64,000 bases of DNA. It comes from Eledone cirrhosa (taxonomy: Eukaryota). The stretch is taken from assembly GCA_964016885.1 (NCBI GenBank), contig OZ024740.1:45322001-45386000 (forward strand), written 5' to 3'. A program made the translations under genes and the position numbers. Shown here one piece after another: positions 62,086 to 64,000 of this stretch; position 1 is the first letter of the stretch; every line of letters begins with the position of its first letter. Under the pieces are notes generated by a model that had not been told where the DNA came from, did no database searches, and worked only from the letters and a program-made list of their open reading frames with translations.

Positions 62086-64000
62086 TATTTCTTTTAACGG
62101 CTAAAAAAAGGGGAATGTAAATTTGTTGGAATAGCCTCATACATTGAAGTAAGCAGCAACTACAGCAAGTAAGCGGCATTTACGCCGCTAAAATTGAATA
62201 TCGCCCGTTTCACTACTTGTTCTGAGTAGAATTACGATTTATAACATTCCACCCACGATCATCCAGTCTTTTTTATAGGACTTTTCTCTTTCTCAGACAG
62301 CATATAAGTATGATATGAGAATAGTTTAGCTGTTATTTCTAGCAGGGCACTCGACTACGTTAAGTCTCCCCGTTGACTTTAACTTGCTGGTTATACGCAA
62401 AAGCACAACAGTACGGAATGAACCCAATCCGGTGAGCAAGTGGGTGAAACTCCCGAGTAACAAGATTTACTATTTAACATAGATAAAACTTTGACAAGTT
62501 ATAAATCCGCTTTTGTATTGTTTGTTATTATTGATATATTTATTAAAAGAGAAACTTTGTTTCCACTCTGCATAATTTTACCACTGAAACAAGCCACGAA
62601 GCCAGGCAGCTACTAACTTTCGAGGCGTTTCACTTTACAACTGTGTCATTTAACTACTTACTTTTTCGTAACTCAGATAATTTTACAATTTACAATCAAC
62701 CGACAATACCATTCCATCTCATACTTGTGTGGATATCAATTTATTTTCACTTTCAACATCAGTTAACGACTATTATCATCTCATTCAACAGACTTGATAA
62801 TTAAAAAAAAACCTGTAAATATTTTTTAAAAAAACATTACCTGAAGAAAATGTGACAAATGTAAGTTGCTCTATTATTGTTTTCAGATAATTTGTTTGAA
62901 AAATATTAATTAAATAAGTTTTTTTTTCTTTTTTAATATCAAATTAATGTAAATCATATACATGTGAATATATGTTGTTACTATTGTAATGCGTTATCAA
63001 ATTATGTAGATTATATATATATATATAAACTATTAAATTTTATTTTAAAACATTTTTACAAGTAAACTTTTTTTTTTCTAGCATGTCCTTATGCACGTCT
63101 TCTTATGATACCTATACCTTCATATTGATACCCCAATCATTCACTATATCGTCTCTTATTCTAATTCCATTCGCATCTTGGAGGCGGAAAGGTGGTCCCC
63201 AGTCGTAGTCAAAGAGTTTCACAGATGTTTTGATAATATATTGTCTTCCACCAGTGTTTGGTTGTTAAGGCTACACGTGTTGCTATTAAAGCACGCGATT
63301 AAACTATGAAAGTTATTTTGACGTCAGTATTTCCTGTGTGTGTCCCCTAACACTACCATCTTAATTTATAGCAGAGCTCACTCTATAGCAAGGATTAGAA
63401 CATGGTCTCCAGTCTTTTTATCGTGTACTCGGGGAGAGAAGTATGGTGGTGCCCAACACCCTGCTCAGATTCTCTATGAAGGACGAAGGTGTCCTCCAAC
63501 GGGAAACCTGTTCCAAATTCTTTCAACTGAGTGGACTCCGCTAAAGACTAATATCTCAGGTGGTGACGTCTGAGGGTGTCTTCTTCAATTATAAACCATG
63601 CGGATGCGAGGCCACTGATTTTGGAAGATAGTCATGTTGATTTTATCGATCTCTGGCATTTACTAGTATTTGATGTCACAATATTTTATCGATCTTCAAC
63701 AAATATTTTAATGTTCTGACAAATAGCTTAATGTTCGTTGCTCTAAGTCAATATTACGAATGCTTTTTCAATAGACAATATTGTGTAACTATAATTAAAC
63801 CATGCAGACATATACCGTACAAAAATAGGAGAGAGTGGTGGAAGACACGAACACCCAATCATACACTACAAGAAAGGGCGCAAGAGTTTCTCTGTAATAT
63901 TTTTTGAAGCAACATTGTTGCGAGAGATAGCGAGGCTAAGACTCTGAAATAACCAAGCACCCACGCGAGCATCACGAGATACATCGCTGAGGCCGAGAAT

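Larger units (their letters stand above)
60696..62207. repeat. Large inverted duplication (arms 60696-61265 and 61425-62207; ~160-170-bp spacer)
   Basis: 60696-61053 is the reverse complement of ~61853-62207, and 61166-61258 of 61432-61524. The ORF track shows mirrored identical peptides. Confidence 0.97.

Noticed and set aside
60723-62179. Mirrored ORFs MPLTCCSCC... and the 163-aa minus-strand ORF
   Set aside because: They are antisense readings of the LINE 3' end and flanking DNA, duplicated by the palindrome.
63319-63326. TGACGTCA CRE motif
   Set aside because: A single 8-mer with no linked transcription start evidence.

Overview
AT-rich metazoan genomic DNA. The SINE/LINE repertoire points to a coleoid cephalopod, probably an octopus (inference). 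Positions 1-11.1 kb are a homogeneous 50-bp satellite array (~222 units, open at the left edge) with nested higher-order duplications. Positions 14520-57310 (+) hold a complete 24-coding-exon XAB2/SYF1 gene; my manual splice gives 2559 nt, 852 aa, with all introns GT-AG and phase-consistent. Its introns carry RTE, CR1, CRE-like and HERO-like LINE fragments, a deleted mariner with lengthened TIRs, TTAA-ended MITEs, several tRNA-SINE families and minisatellites. Near the right end is a ~1.5-kb inverted duplication (60.7-62.2 kb) centred on the first coding exon of an RMND5/GID2-like gene. The most notable unexplained structures are that palindrome, an ectopic copy of the XAB2 exon20/intron20 junction 19 kb upstream, a decayed duplicate of exon 11 with an intact acceptor, and long hairpins in intron 1 and the 3' UTR. 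I see no CRISPR or prokaryotic system and cannot claim a new biological system from sequence alone.
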